DNA of 64,000 bases from IMG/VR virus record IMGVR_UViG_3300032167_000030; one strand, written 5' to 3'. Position numbers and translations under genes: made by a program. Positions 49,018-60,700 of the stretch are shown piece after piece (the first letter of the stretch is position 1; the number at the start of each line of letters is the position of its first letter). Source of the DNA: an uncultured virus (IMG/VR IMGVR_UViG_3300032167_000030) (Duplodnaviria > Heunggongvirae > Uroviricota > Caudoviricetes). Under the pieces are notes generated by a model, which had not been told where the DNA came from, searched no databases, and worked only from the letters and a program-made list of their open reading frames with translations.

Positions 49018-50309
49018 GTGTTTTAAATACAAGAATTGTTCTTCGTAATGATTCTTCTGCAAACTGGAATTCAGCAGTAGTAAATGCTGGCGATGAAGGT
49101 CTAGTTTTACTTAAAGGCGAAATTGGTTTAGAGTTTACTGATAACGGTGTAAAAATGAAAGTCGGTGATGGAACCACTAAATGGCAAGATCTTTCTTACT
49201 TTGGTGGTGACAGTGAAGACGCTCGTGTTTTTGAAGCCACTGTTAATGAAGGTGAAACTCATAACGATGCTCTTGTTCGTGCAACTAGTGGTTATATGCC
49301 CAATACTCATGACATTGGTATTGTTGCAGAGTTAATTGCAATTGATGCTGAAGGTAATGAAAAATATCAACATACTGCTTATCGTTACAATGGTACTGCT
49401 TGGGCAGCTATGGATGGTAACTACAATGCAAACAATGTTTACTTTGATGAGGATATGCTAGTTACAACTGATATTGGTTATATTACAACCACTAATGGTT
49501 CTGCTACTATTCCTTCTAAGGGTAAAAATTTAGCTGAAGTATTTGAAGCTATGTTTGTTAAAGAACAAGATCCTGAAAAAACTGATCCTTCTGTAAGTGT
49601 TACATTAACTGGTACTGGTTCTTATGAAGTTGGTACTATTGTTAGTGGTGTTAGTTATAGTGCTTCTTTTGAAGATGGTAATTATAGTTATGGTCCTGAA
49701 CCCACTGGCGCAACAGTTACAAACTGGTCTATAGTAACTAGTGATGGTTCATATACTACTGCTTCTGGCGATTTACCTGATGTAACTGTATCTGATGACA
49801 CTAATTTTTCTGTAACTGCAAAAGCCACTCACACTGCTGGTGAAACTCCTCTTACCAATAAGGGTAATCCTTGTACTGATAGTAGTAAAAAGATTACATC
49901 TGGTGTTAAGAGTAAAACTTCTGGTGCAATTACTGGTTATAGAAGTTTCTTCTATGGTATACTTGATACAACTTCTGAAGAAGCTCCTTTAACTTCTGCA
50001 ATTATTCGTAATCAACTTACTAATGGTGGCGAATATAATAAATCTAAATCTCTTACCCTTAAGGGTAATGATGTAGAAGGTGCTAAGAGAATTGTAATTG
50101 CAATTCCTAGTAATTCTACTCGTAATGGTTTAAGTGAAGTAATTCTTACTTCTGCTATGAATACACCTATAACTAAGTCTTATGTTAAGACATCTGCTGG
50201 TGTTAAAGTTGAAGGTCTAAACGGTGTTACTGCTGTAGACTATGATACTTATGTATATGAACCTAGCAAGATTGATGCTGGTGAAGTTCATGCTATTAAA
50301 CTTGCATAA
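49014..50309 (+). CDS. Tail fibre/virion appendage protein
   Basis: Mtd_N-like N terminus (LLKGEIG...KVGDGTTKW); Thr/Ser-rich body. Confidence 0.65.
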   Translation: MSVLNTRIVLRNDSSANWNSAVVNAGDEGLVLLKGEIGLEFTDNGVKMKVGDGTTKWQDLSYFGGDSEDARVFEATVNEGETHNDALVRATSGYMPNTHDIGIVAELIAIDAEGNEKYQHTAYRYNGTAWAAMDGNYNANNVYFDEDMLVTTDIGYITTTNGSATIPSKGKNLAEVFEAMFVKEQDPEKTDPSVSVTLTGTGSYEVGTIVSGVSYSASFEDGNYSYGPEPTGATVTNWSIVTSDGSYTTASGDLPDVTVSDDTNFSVTAKATHTAGETPLTNKGNPCTDSSKKITSGVKSKTSGAITGYRSFFYGILDTTSEEAPLTSAIIRNQLTNGGEYNKSKSLTLKGNDVEGAKRIVIAIPSNSTRNGLSEVILTSAMNTPITKSYVKTSAGVKVEGLNGVTAVDYDTYVYEPSKIDAGEVHAIKLA

Positions 50310-50327
50310 GAAAGGAGGGAATAGATT

Positions 50328-52265
50328 ATGGCAAAATACAATCTTGAAAACTATCTAGAAACAGATGGTCTTGGTTTCCCTCTAAATTTTAGACGAGGTA
50401 ATCCTAATCCTCTTGATAATAGCTCTGTATGGAAAAGTTTAGAATTAGCAAAAGAATATGCTAAGAATGATCCTACTGCTTATGTAGGTCAGATCATTTC
50501 TGTAGTTAACTATACTAGTTCTACTGATAGTACAGTTAATGTCTATTATATCGAAGATGAATTAGGTACTTTAAAACCTGTTGGTAGCTCTTCTGTTGGT
50601 GATGAAAGTACTATTACTATCAATGAAAATGGTACTGTAAGTCTATATGGAATCGAAGGTCTAGAACTTACTAGAACTGAGGAGAGCGGCGAAGTTGTTA
50701 GTATTTCTTACCAACCTTTATATGTTAATGGTAAGCTAATCTGGGTAGAACCTTCTTCTACTACTGCTGAAGGTCTTTCCACTGAAATTGAAGGTTTAAA
50801 GAGCAGAGTTAGTAATCTTGAAGCCGTAGTTGGCGAAGTTCCTGAAAACAAAACTCTGGTTGAAATGATTGATGAAGTTGCATATGATGATGAATCTATA
50901 GTCAATAGAATAACTGCTATTGAGAATGATTATCTAGATTCTTCTGATAAGACTGAGCTACAAAATGCTATTAATCTAAAAGCTAATCAATCTGATTTAG
51001 ATGATACTAACAATACAGTTTCAGCTCATACTACTGCTATTAGTAATCTAACTGAACGTATTGAATCAGTTGAAAACGATATTGATGTCTTAAATGGTAA
51101 TGATACTGTAGTTGGTTCAGTAGATTACAAAATTAAAGAAGGTATTAATGAATTTGCAACACAAATAAGTGATAATGGCATTCATGATACTTTCAAAGAA
51201 TTAGTCGATTATATCAATGAATATGGCGGCGATGCTGCTGAAATGGCATCTGCTATTTCCACTTTAGAAGGTGAAATGGAAGTAGTTCAGACAGATATCG
51301 CTAATGCTAAAACTAATATCAGTAATAATACTACTGCTATTTCTGAATTAGCAGCCTTAATTGGTGAAGATTCTGTTGATGATCAGATTAAAGCTGCTTT
51401 TGAAGCTGCAAATCTAGATCAATATGCCACTAATAGTGATTTAACTGCTTTAACTAATAGAGTAGTCGCTATTGAAAATGATTATTTAGATTCTTCTGAT
51501 AAGACTGAATTAGCTGATCTCATTTCTGCAAATTCTGCTAAACTAGCTAGTATTGAAACTGCTTATAAAGCAGCTGATGAAGCTATTAATGCTGCATTAG
51601 CTAATAAAGCTGATAGTTCTTCTCTTAACAGTGCAATTGACAGAATTGCTGCTCTTGAAGAAGCTGGAGCTGAAAAGAATGTTATTGCATCTGTTGATGA
51701 AGCTCAGTTTAGTGTTGATGAAAATAGAAAACTAACTCTTCTCGACATTGCTATTGAAAAAGTAACTGGTCTATCTGATGCTCTTGCTAATAAGGTAGAC
51801 GTTAAAGAAGGTTCTCGTCTATTAACTTCTGATGAAGCTATTAAGTTAGAAAAGTTAGTTATTGGCGAAAATGGTGAAGTTGAAGTTTCTGGTAAGGTTG
51901 CTGCTGGTAATATTGATGGTCTTGAAGACTGGATTACTAACCGTGCAAGTACTCTTAAAGGTCTTTCTGAAAACAACTTTACTAATGCTCTATTAGAAAA
52001 ACTAAATGGGATTGAAAGTGGTGCAAAGGATAATGTTATTGAAGCTATAGCAATCAATGATGTACCTCTTGCAGTTTCTGATAAAACTGTAAACATTCCT
52101 ATTGCTGCTGCTGAGAATTTTGGTGTTGTTAAATCTTCTGATGAAGATAACAAAATTTCTGTTAATGATGATGGTACTATGGAAGTTAATGGTCTAAATG
52201 TTAACAGATTAATACAAACTGATGGCGATAGTCTAATCCTTAATGGTGGCTCTTCCGCTGTCTAA
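50328..52265 (+). CDS. Coiled-coil fibre protein
   Basis: Heptad-rich; GSVDYKI and DTFKEL motifs; internal repeat AIENDYLDSSDKTEL. Confidence 0.65.
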   Translation: MAKYNLENYLETDGLGFPLNFRRGNPNPLDNSSVWKSLELAKEYAKNDPTAYVGQIISVVNYTSSTDSTVNVYYIEDELGTLKPVGSSSVGDESTITINENGTVSLYGIEGLELTRTEESGEVVSISYQPLYVNGKLIWVEPSSTTAEGLSTEIEGLKSRVSNLEAVVGEVPENKTLVEMIDEVAYDDESIVNRITAIENDYLDSSDKTELQNAINLKANQSDLDDTNNTVSAHTTAISNLTERIESVENDIDVLNGNDTVVGSVDYKIKEGINEFATQISDNGIHDTFKELVDYINEYGGDAAEMASAISTLEGEMEVVQTDIANAKTNISNNTTAISELAALIGEDSVDDQIKAAFEAANLDQYATNSDLTALTNRVVAIENDYLDSSDKTELADLISANSAKLASIETAYKAADEAINAALANKADSSSLNSAIDRIAALEEAGAEKNVIASVDEAQFSVDENRKLTLLDIAIEKVTGLSDALANKVDVKEGSRLLTSDEAIKLEKLVIGENGEVEVSGKVAAGNIDGLEDWITNRASTLKGLSENNFTNALLEKLNGIESGAKDNVIEAIAINDVPLAVSDKTVNIPIAAAENFGVVKSSDEDNKISVNDDGTMEVNGLNVNRLIQTDGDSLILNGGSSAV

Positions 52266-52315
52266 TCTCATTCACAAAAACTTTAATTTTTTAGAAAAGG
52301 AAGGTATTTTAAATT

Positions 52316-54589
52316 ATGGCTGATAAGATTCTAAATACTCGTATTGCCCTTAAATATGATAGTCTAAGTAACTGGAAAAGTAGTGCTGTAAAGCTCCGTC
52401 CCGGTGAAGTTGCCTTTGCTTACATTGATTCTGCTAATGGTGGTAGTCAGCTATATGGCGAGACTAATGCTGTAAAGCAGCCTACCGTACTATTCAAGGT
52501 TGGTGTTGGTACTCCTGGTGCTACCGATGATGGCACTTGGAAGTCTTTCAATGAGCTACCTTGGGCTTCTGCTCTAGCTGCTGACGTTTATGGTTGGGCA
52601 AAGAAGAGTGAAGAAGAGTTTAAGTCTTACTTAACTGAACTACTAAGTCAGGGTGCAATTGGTGACTATGCTACTACTGCTGCTCTAAGAGAGACCAACA
52701 CTAAGGTTGCTGCTAACGAAGAAGCTATTGCAAAGCTAAATGGTGCTGCTGATGCTGAAGGTTCTGTAGCTAAGATGATTGCTGACGCTCTAGCTGGTGC
52801 AAATCTAGATCAGTATGCTACCGATGAAGAGCTAAAGGCTGTTACCGACAAGATCAACCATGCTGAAACTGGCTTAGATACTAAGGCTTCTCAGGATGAT
52901 CTAGACGAACTAGCTACTGTTGTTGAAGGTCTAGTTGAGGGTGAAAACTCTGTTGATAGCAAGATTGAAGCTGCTTTCGAGGCTGCAAATCTAGATCAGT
53001 ATGCTACCGATACTGAGCTAAAGGCTGTTACCGACAAGATCAATGCTGCTGACACTGGCCTAGATTCCAAGGCTTCTCAGGACGACCTAGATGCTCTAGA
53101 GACCATTGTTGGTGACGAAAACGAAGGTCTAGTTAAGGATGTTGCTGACCTACAGGGTGCTGTCGCTACTAAGGCTGAGAGTTCCGTCGTTGAAGGTATC
53201 GGTGGTAGAGTCACTAATCTAGAGACTGCTGTCAATCATGCTGAAACTGGTCTAGCTACCAAAGCTTCTCAGGACGATCTAGACGAACTAGCTACTGTTG
53301 TCGGTGACGAAAACGAAGGTTTAGTTAAGGATGTTGCTGACCTACAGGGTGCTGTCGCTACTAAGGCTGAGAGTTCTGTTGTCGAGGGTATCGGTGGCAG
53401 AGTTACCACTCTAGAAAATGCTGTTAACCATGCTGAAACTGGTCTAGCTACTAAGGCTTCTCAGGATGATGTAGATGATCACGAGACTCGTATCGCTGAA
53501 TTAGAAGGTACTATCACTGGTCTAAGTGGTGCTATGCACTTTGTTGGTGTTGAAACTGCACTACCTGAAGGCGAAGCTCTAGCTGCTTATTCTGATGGTG
53601 ATGTAATCATTGTTGGTGAAAAGGAATATGTCTTCAACAGTGGTGCATTCGTTGAATTCGGTGACGTTTCTGCTGAAGGTGACCGTATTGCTGCTCTAGA
53701 AAGAGATATTGTTACTAAGGCTTCTCAGGACGATCTAGACGAACTATCCACTGTTGTTGGTGACGAGACTGATGGTCTAGTTAAGGATGTTGCTGACCTA
53801 CAGGGTGCCGTTGCTACTAAGGCTGAGAGTTCTGTTGTCGAGGGTATTGGCGGTAGAGTCACTAATCTAGAGACTGCTGTCAATCATGCTGAAACTGGTC
53901 TAGCTACTAAGGCTTCTCAGGACGACCTAGATGCTCTAGAGACTATCGTTGGTGACGAGACTGATGGTCTAGTTAAGGATGTTGCCGATCTACAGGGTGC
54001 TGTCGCTACTAAGGCTGAGAGTTCTGTCGTTGAAGGCATTTCTGGTAAAGTTACTGCTCTAGAGACTGCTGTTAACCATGCTGAAACTGGTCTAGCTACT
54101 AAGGCTTCTCAGGACGACCTAGACGAAGTAAAAACCAAGGTTGATGCTCTAGTTGAGGGCGACAATTCCGTTGATAGCAAGATCGAAGCTGCCTTCGAAG
54201 CTGCTAACTTAGATCAGTACGCTACCGATACTGAACTAAAGGCTGTCACTGACAAGATCAACCATGCTGAAACTGGCTTAGATACTAAGGCTTCTCAGGA
54301 TGATCTAGACGAACTAGCTACTGTTGTCGGTGACGAAAACGAAGGTCTAGTTAAGGATGTTGCTGACCTAAAGGCTAACAGTGCTACTTCCGCTGCTCTA
54401 AATGAAGTTTCTGGTAAGGTTACTGCTCTAGAGACTGCTGTCAACCATGCTGAAACTGGTCTAGCTACTAAGGCTTCTCAGGATGATCTAGACGAAGTAG
54501 AAACCAAGGTTGATGCTCTTGTTGAGAAATTCGGCGAAGCAGAAGACTTCCTAATCATGTACTGCGGTACTTCTACTGTAAATGTATAA
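52316..54589 (+). CDS. Repetitive coiled-coil fibre protein
   Basis: Repeated HAETGLATKASQDDLD and GLVKDVADLQGAVATKAE modules; strong codon bias. Confidence 0.7.
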   Translation: MADKILNTRIALKYDSLSNWKSSAVKLRPGEVAFAYIDSANGGSQLYGETNAVKQPTVLFKVGVGTPGATDDGTWKSFNELPWASALAADVYGWAKKSEEEFKSYLTELLSQGAIGDYATTAALRETNTKVAANEEAIAKLNGAADAEGSVAKMIADALAGANLDQYATDEELKAVTDKINHAETGLDTKASQDDLDELATVVEGLVEGENSVDSKIEAAFEAANLDQYATDTELKAVTDKINAADTGLDSKASQDDLDALETIVGDENEGLVKDVADLQGAVATKAESSVVEGIGGRVTNLETAVNHAETGLATKASQDDLDELATVVGDENEGLVKDVADLQGAVATKAESSVVEGIGGRVTTLENAVNHAETGLATKASQDDVDDHETRIAELEGTITGLSGAMHFVGVETALPEGEALAAYSDGDVIIVGEKEYVFNSGAFVEFGDVSAEGDRIAALERDIVTKASQDDLDELSTVVGDETDGLVKDVADLQGAVATKAESSVVEGIGGRVTNLETAVNHAETGLATKASQDDLDALETIVGDETDGLVKDVADLQGAVATKAESSVVEGISGKVTALETAVNHAETGLATKASQDDLDEVKTKVDALVEGDNSVDSKIEAAFEAANLDQYATDTELKAVTDKINHAETGLDTKASQDDLDELATVVGDENEGLVKDVADLKANSATSAALNEVSGKVTALETAVNHAETGLATKASQDDLDEVETKVDALVEKFGEAEDFLIMYCGTSTVNV

Positions 54590-54706
54590 TTATCTATAAA
54601 AGTATAGATTTAAGTTAAAATATAATAAGATTTACCACATCATTAAGGTGATGTGGTAAATCTTAATTAAAAGTATTCTAAATAGAAAGGAGTGTTGATA
54701 GAAATT

Positions 54707-57700
54707 ATGTCTATAGTTAAACATCGAAGAGGTTCTACCGAAAGATGGAATGAAGTCGATCCAATTATTGAACGTGGCGAGATAGTTGTAGAATATTGTG
54801 AAGATGGAAGTACTAAACTTAAAGTTGGTAATGATGAAAAGTTTAGTAATACACCTTATATACAAGGATCTGATAATGTATCTGGTGGTGGAAGTAGTAA
54901 TGTATCTAACGAACAGATTGAAGCTATAAATGAAAAAATTGATACTATTGATGAAAGTATTACTGATCTTACTAGTAGAGTAGAAACACTAGAAAATAGT
55001 GAAGATAGTTCAGTTGATCTTACTGATATTACTAGTAGAGTAGAAACACTTGAAGCTCTTGATATCAACACTAAACTAGAAACAGTTAATACTAATGTTT
55101 CAGATCTTACTAGTAGAGTAGAAACACTAGAAAATAGTGAAGATGAAAATGTTAATGTTGACTTAAGTCCTATTACTAATGAACTCGCTGATATTACTGC
55201 TAGATTAGAGATACTAGAAAATAGTGGAGACATTGGTAATGTTGATTTAAGTTCTATTACTAAGGAATTAACTAATCTTAGTACTAGAGTAGAAACACTT
55301 GAAAATAGTGGAGTTAATGTTGACTTAAGTTCCATTACTAATGAACTCGCTGATATTACTGCTAGATTAGAGATACTAGAAAATAGTGAAGTGGATATCG
55401 ATCTAACTCCTATTACTGAAGAACTAACTAGTCTTACCAATAGAGTAGAAACATTAGAAAATAGTGAAGTAGATATCGATCTAACTCCTATTACTAATGA
55501 ACTCGCTGACATTACTGCTAGAGTAGAAACATTAGAAAATAGTGAAGTAGATATCGATCTAACTCCTATTACTAATGAACTAACTAGTCTTAATACTAAT
55601 ATTGCTGACCTTACTACTAGAGTGGAAACACTAGAGAATAGTGAAGGTGAAAATGGTAGTTTAGAAAATATTACTAATGAAATTGCAAGTATTAATACGG
55701 ATATTGCCGATCTTACTGCTAGAGTAGAAACAAATGAAACTGGTATTGCAGTTGCTAACTCTAGAATGGATACTTTTGTTGCATTAAAAGATGGTTCAAC
55801 CACAGGTGATGCAGAATTAGCTGACATTAGAGTTAGTTATGATGGTACTACTTATGAAACTGCAGGCGAAGCAGTTAGATCTCTTGGTAACGAATTAAGT
55901 TATCTTAAAAACAATCTACAAGATTTTATAGACGCAGATGCTGTTGATGGTTTATACTATAATGAAGGAACCAATCAGTTATATCTAACTTCAAAAGGTG
56001 AACCTGTAGGAAATTCTGTTACAATTGTCGGTGGCGGCGGTGGTGGTGTAGAAGGTTATAGTTTACGTATAGTAAACAAAATGTCTTCAAACATTCTTAC
56101 TGTTGCTCAATCAAAACAGAATTTAATCAGTATTGAATTCTATGAAAAATGGGGTAATGTATCCACTGGTAAATCTGGTACTGTTGAGATTTCTTATAAA
56201 TTAAGTACTGATAGTGAATGGATTCCCTTTAGAAGAGTTATAAACGTTCTACAAGGCACTCCATTCTCAATAGACGTAGCTGGTATTCTTGTTAAAGATA
56301 CTCCTGTTGACATTCAGTTTACCGTTATCGGTGGTGAATCTGGCGAGGAATATAAGCGTTCATTAACTTTCCAAATTACACAGGTTGAGGCTGGTATCTC
56401 AGCAGATAGAAACTTTAATCCTTATGCTAGATATACTGGTAACTTTGAATTTAAATATCTATGTATAGGTCTTAACTTAAATAAGACAGTTTATTTTGAG
56501 ATTGATGACGAAATATGCTATGAGATTAATATCGGCACTAGTCATAATACCCTAATTCCTCAGATTATTGAGATGCTTGGAAAATATGAATATGGTGTAC
56601 ATGATCTAAAAGTATATTTCAAAACTGAAGACGGTGCAATGTCCAATGTTCTACAGTATGCTATTCTGTATGATGATGGAAATGGTACTGCACCTATGAT
56701 TGGTGTAAACTGTAAACAAACCGAATACAATTATGGTGATATAATAAGCCTAGATTATGTAGTATATACACCCAATCAAGAAACTACTGATGAGTTATCT
56801 ATTCGTGTATATAGTAAAGATGATCAAGATAATGAGATTGTTTATGATACAACTGAACTTGTTGGTATTATTAACAACAAACAGCAATCATGGAATGGTA
56901 CTTCTTATCCCTCATCTGGTACTGTATATATCGAATTTAAGAGTAAAGAAACTATTAGAACTGTTGAATTAACAATCAACGAGATTCAAAGTAAATACGA
57001 CTTAAAATCTGTTTCTACAGGCTTAATTTATAGCTATAGTGCAAATGGTCGTAGTAATAATGACGTAAATAAAGATGTATATAAGTATGCTTATACAACT
57101 TCTAATGGTGTTAAAACACAAATAGAAGGACAATTTACTGGTTTTAACTGGGTTTCTAATGGTTATATTGATAATGAGTCTCTAACTTTAAGTGGTGACT
57201 CTCGTCATACTATTGAACTACCTATGTTCTCTACTAACTATATAGATAAAGAGGGACAAATTGTCAATCTTGAAAATATAGCTGATGCTACAGTTACAAC
57301 TAGTGGTAGAACTTTTGAAATCGAATTTAAGGTTACTAATGTAACTGATATAAATGCTCGTATTATTGAATGTATGTCAAATGATCATGCTGGTTTTGTA
57401 ATTACTCCTCAGTCTTGTTACTTACTATCAGCTAATGGTCAAAATGTAAAACTTGATAGTACTGGTTTCATTGAAAATGAAGAAAGTATTGCAGCTGCAT
57501 ATATCAAGGATAATACTCGTATAAGAGTAAGCTTTGTTATCCAACCTTTAAAATCTATAAGTTATACAAATGATAATGGTGAACTAATTACTGGTCAGTG
57601 TATAAATATCTTTATCAATGGCGAATTTGCAAAGTCCTTTATTTATCCTGATAATGCAAGATTTGTAAGTGATAAGTACATTAAGATGGGTAGTAATACT

Positions 57701-60700
57701 TGTATCTTAAATGTATATGATATACGTATTTATAATCGTGGTCTTAATAAGGATGAAATTCTTCAGAACTATAAAGCTTCTCCTGTTGTTGTACAGGATA
57801 AGATTAGTAGATTTGAAGATAATGACATATTAACCGATAATACTTCTGATATAGATATTGATTACTACAAAGCAATTAATAAGTATCCTTGTTTACTAAT
57901 TACTGGTGATCTATCTCCTTATAAAGATGATGATAGAAATACTGGTGGTACAAGATATAGTGGTTCTATTCTTACTAAGCCTGATGGTAATGGTAGTTAT
58001 ACTACTGAGTTCTCATTAATGGATAGAGATTCTAATGGAAGATATTTATGTTATAATAAAGTACAGGGTACTTCTTCAGTTAAATTCCCCATTAAGAACT
58101 TTAAGTTCTATCTAAGATTTGATAAAAATGGTGAATCTTCAAAATTCAAGTATGCTCTTAAGGGTCTTGATGAAGAAGGTAATGCACTTTCTATTCCTGA
58201 ATCCACATTATGTTGGAAAGCTGACTTCATGTCCTCAGACCATGCTAATACATTTAACGCAAACTTAGCTGATACTCTATTTACTGATATTACACCTTCT
58301 CAGTTAGAAGATCCTCGTGTACAGAATACCATTTATGGATTCCGTTGTCTATTATTTAGACGAAATCATGAAAATGGTGACATCTACTTTGTTGGTGATG
58401 GTGCATTAAACAACGATAAGAGTAACTCTAAGACTTTCGGTCTAGAATGTGATGGAGATAGTGGTAATAATACTACTCGTCAGAAATGGGAATTCCTAAA
58501 CAACACTGAAGCTCTATGTTCTTTCCAAACTGACCGTTTCTATGAAATGGTTAAAACTGAAGAAGGCTCACAAGTTAAACGTGTAACACTTGGTTTAGAG
58601 TCAATGTATCCTGATCAGGGTGACCTTGAAGATGAAGGATTAGAACCTAATTATGATTATCTACAATTACTCTTTACTTGGGTATATCAGAGAGCTAATT
58701 TCTGGGATGCTTCAACTGATACATTAGATGTTCCTTATACTTATCAAGGTGTTGAGTATTATAGTGAATATGATTATCGTAAAGCAATTTTCGTAAGAGA
58801 ATTTGAAAGACACTTTAATCTAAATCATACATTAGTTTACTATCTATTCATGGAATTCATTGCATTATGTGATAACCGTGCAAAGAACCTATTCATTAAA
58901 TGCGAAGATGTTCACGCAGAACAATTAATTGATATACATGGTAACGAAATTTCTATTAATGACGTTATCAACATGGATACTGGTGAAGTTAATGCTAATA
59001 TGATAGATTGGGAGAATTCTTCCTTTGCTATTTGGTATCCTTCTCTATATGACCTTGACTCTGGTTATGGTGTTGAAAACTCTGGTTATCTTCAGATTCC
59101 TTATTATGCTGACTGGAGCTATCAGCTAAATGGTACTCAGAAGTTCAATGGTTATGAATCAAGACTATGGTTAATGTTTGAAGATGCATTTGCAAATAAG
59201 ATTCAAGCTACTGCACAAGAATTAACTGAGAAAAAAGTTGAAGAAGGTGCTTTAAGCTATGAAGCTCTATATAAAGTGCATATTGAAGGTAATGCTAAGC
59301 TTGTATGTCCTGCAGTAGTCAACCAAGATATGACTTATAAGTACGAAGATCCTTGGGTTGAAGGTTTCGTAGACTATTCATCTGAAGGTAACCCTGTACG
59401 TCATATTTCTGACTATAAGTACTTACAACGTGGTAGCCGTACTGAACAGAAAGACGCTTTCATTTATAGACGTTCTAACATGTTATACAGTAAGTATAAG
59501 TGTAAGAAATTCTTAAACAACAACATTAACTTCCGTTGTGGTACTAATGGCGGTGTATCTGCTATCAATAGTGGTATTTCTATAACTGCTAACCAGACTT
59601 TATATCCTGCTGTAAAATTTGGTGATGGTGATGCTGCTGTTATTTCTGGTGCAAAAACTGATGCTGGTAATGTATGTGTAGTTACAAAGCCAGGTTCAAC
59701 ATCTAGTGATAAGGTCGGTTTCTCTGATACTATCTATATTGCTGGTGGTACATTCCTTACCGATATTGGTGATATTTCAAAGTTTAGACCTTATGAATTA
59801 CAGTTACAAAATGCAACTGGTATAAGACATTTAACAATTGGTTCAGACGAAGAAGGTTATGAAAACGTTCAGTTAAAGAAAATTGACACTTCTAGTTGTA
59901 GACTACTTGAAGAATTAAATGTTATGGGTTGTACTGCATTAGGTAACTTAGATCTATCCAAGAATGGTATCTTAAAGAGACTATATGCATCTAAGTCTAG
60001 TGTTCAGTCTGTAATACTAGCTAATGGTGGTGTAGTTGAAGAACTATATCTTGGTGATATCGTTGACCTTGAAATCTTAAACCAAGCAAATCTTAAGATA
60101 TTCGAATGTACAAGTTATGATTCACTAAATAGACTACACATTGAAAATACTCCTAATATCCCTGTATTTGATATTCTTAAAAACTATATGTCTCAATTAA
60201 CTGGTGGTATCAGAATTGTTGGTCTACATGAAAGTTTAGAAGATGATTCTTTCGTAAGATTACTACTAAGTGATGATGCTAAGGGTAAGTATATTGATGC
60301 AAGTGGAACTCATATAGACGATGCAAATCGTTATCCTTTAATCTCTGGTTCTGTACATGTACCTACTATTAGAGGTACTATGTTAAAGAAGATGAACAAG
60401 GTATATCCTGAATTAACCGTTACTTATGATACATTAGTAGCTGACATCACATATATGAATGATGAAGGAACTACAGTCTTACATCAGTACACTATTTATA
60501 ATGGTGAAAATGCTACTGACATTATTAAGGATGGTATGTATGCAAAGCCTACAAAAGACAGTACTGCTCAGTATGATTTCACATATGGTGGTTGGTCTAG
60601 AATAGCAAATGGTGATCCTGATCCTAATGCTTTAAAGAAGATTGATGAGGATATTACTGTTTACATTGCATTCCATAAAGCTATAAAGAGCTACGATATA

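Noticed and set aside
54856..55827. 323 aa minus-strand ORF
   Set aside because: Antisense shadow of the repetitive plus-strand coding region; Ser/Leu/Val-rich.
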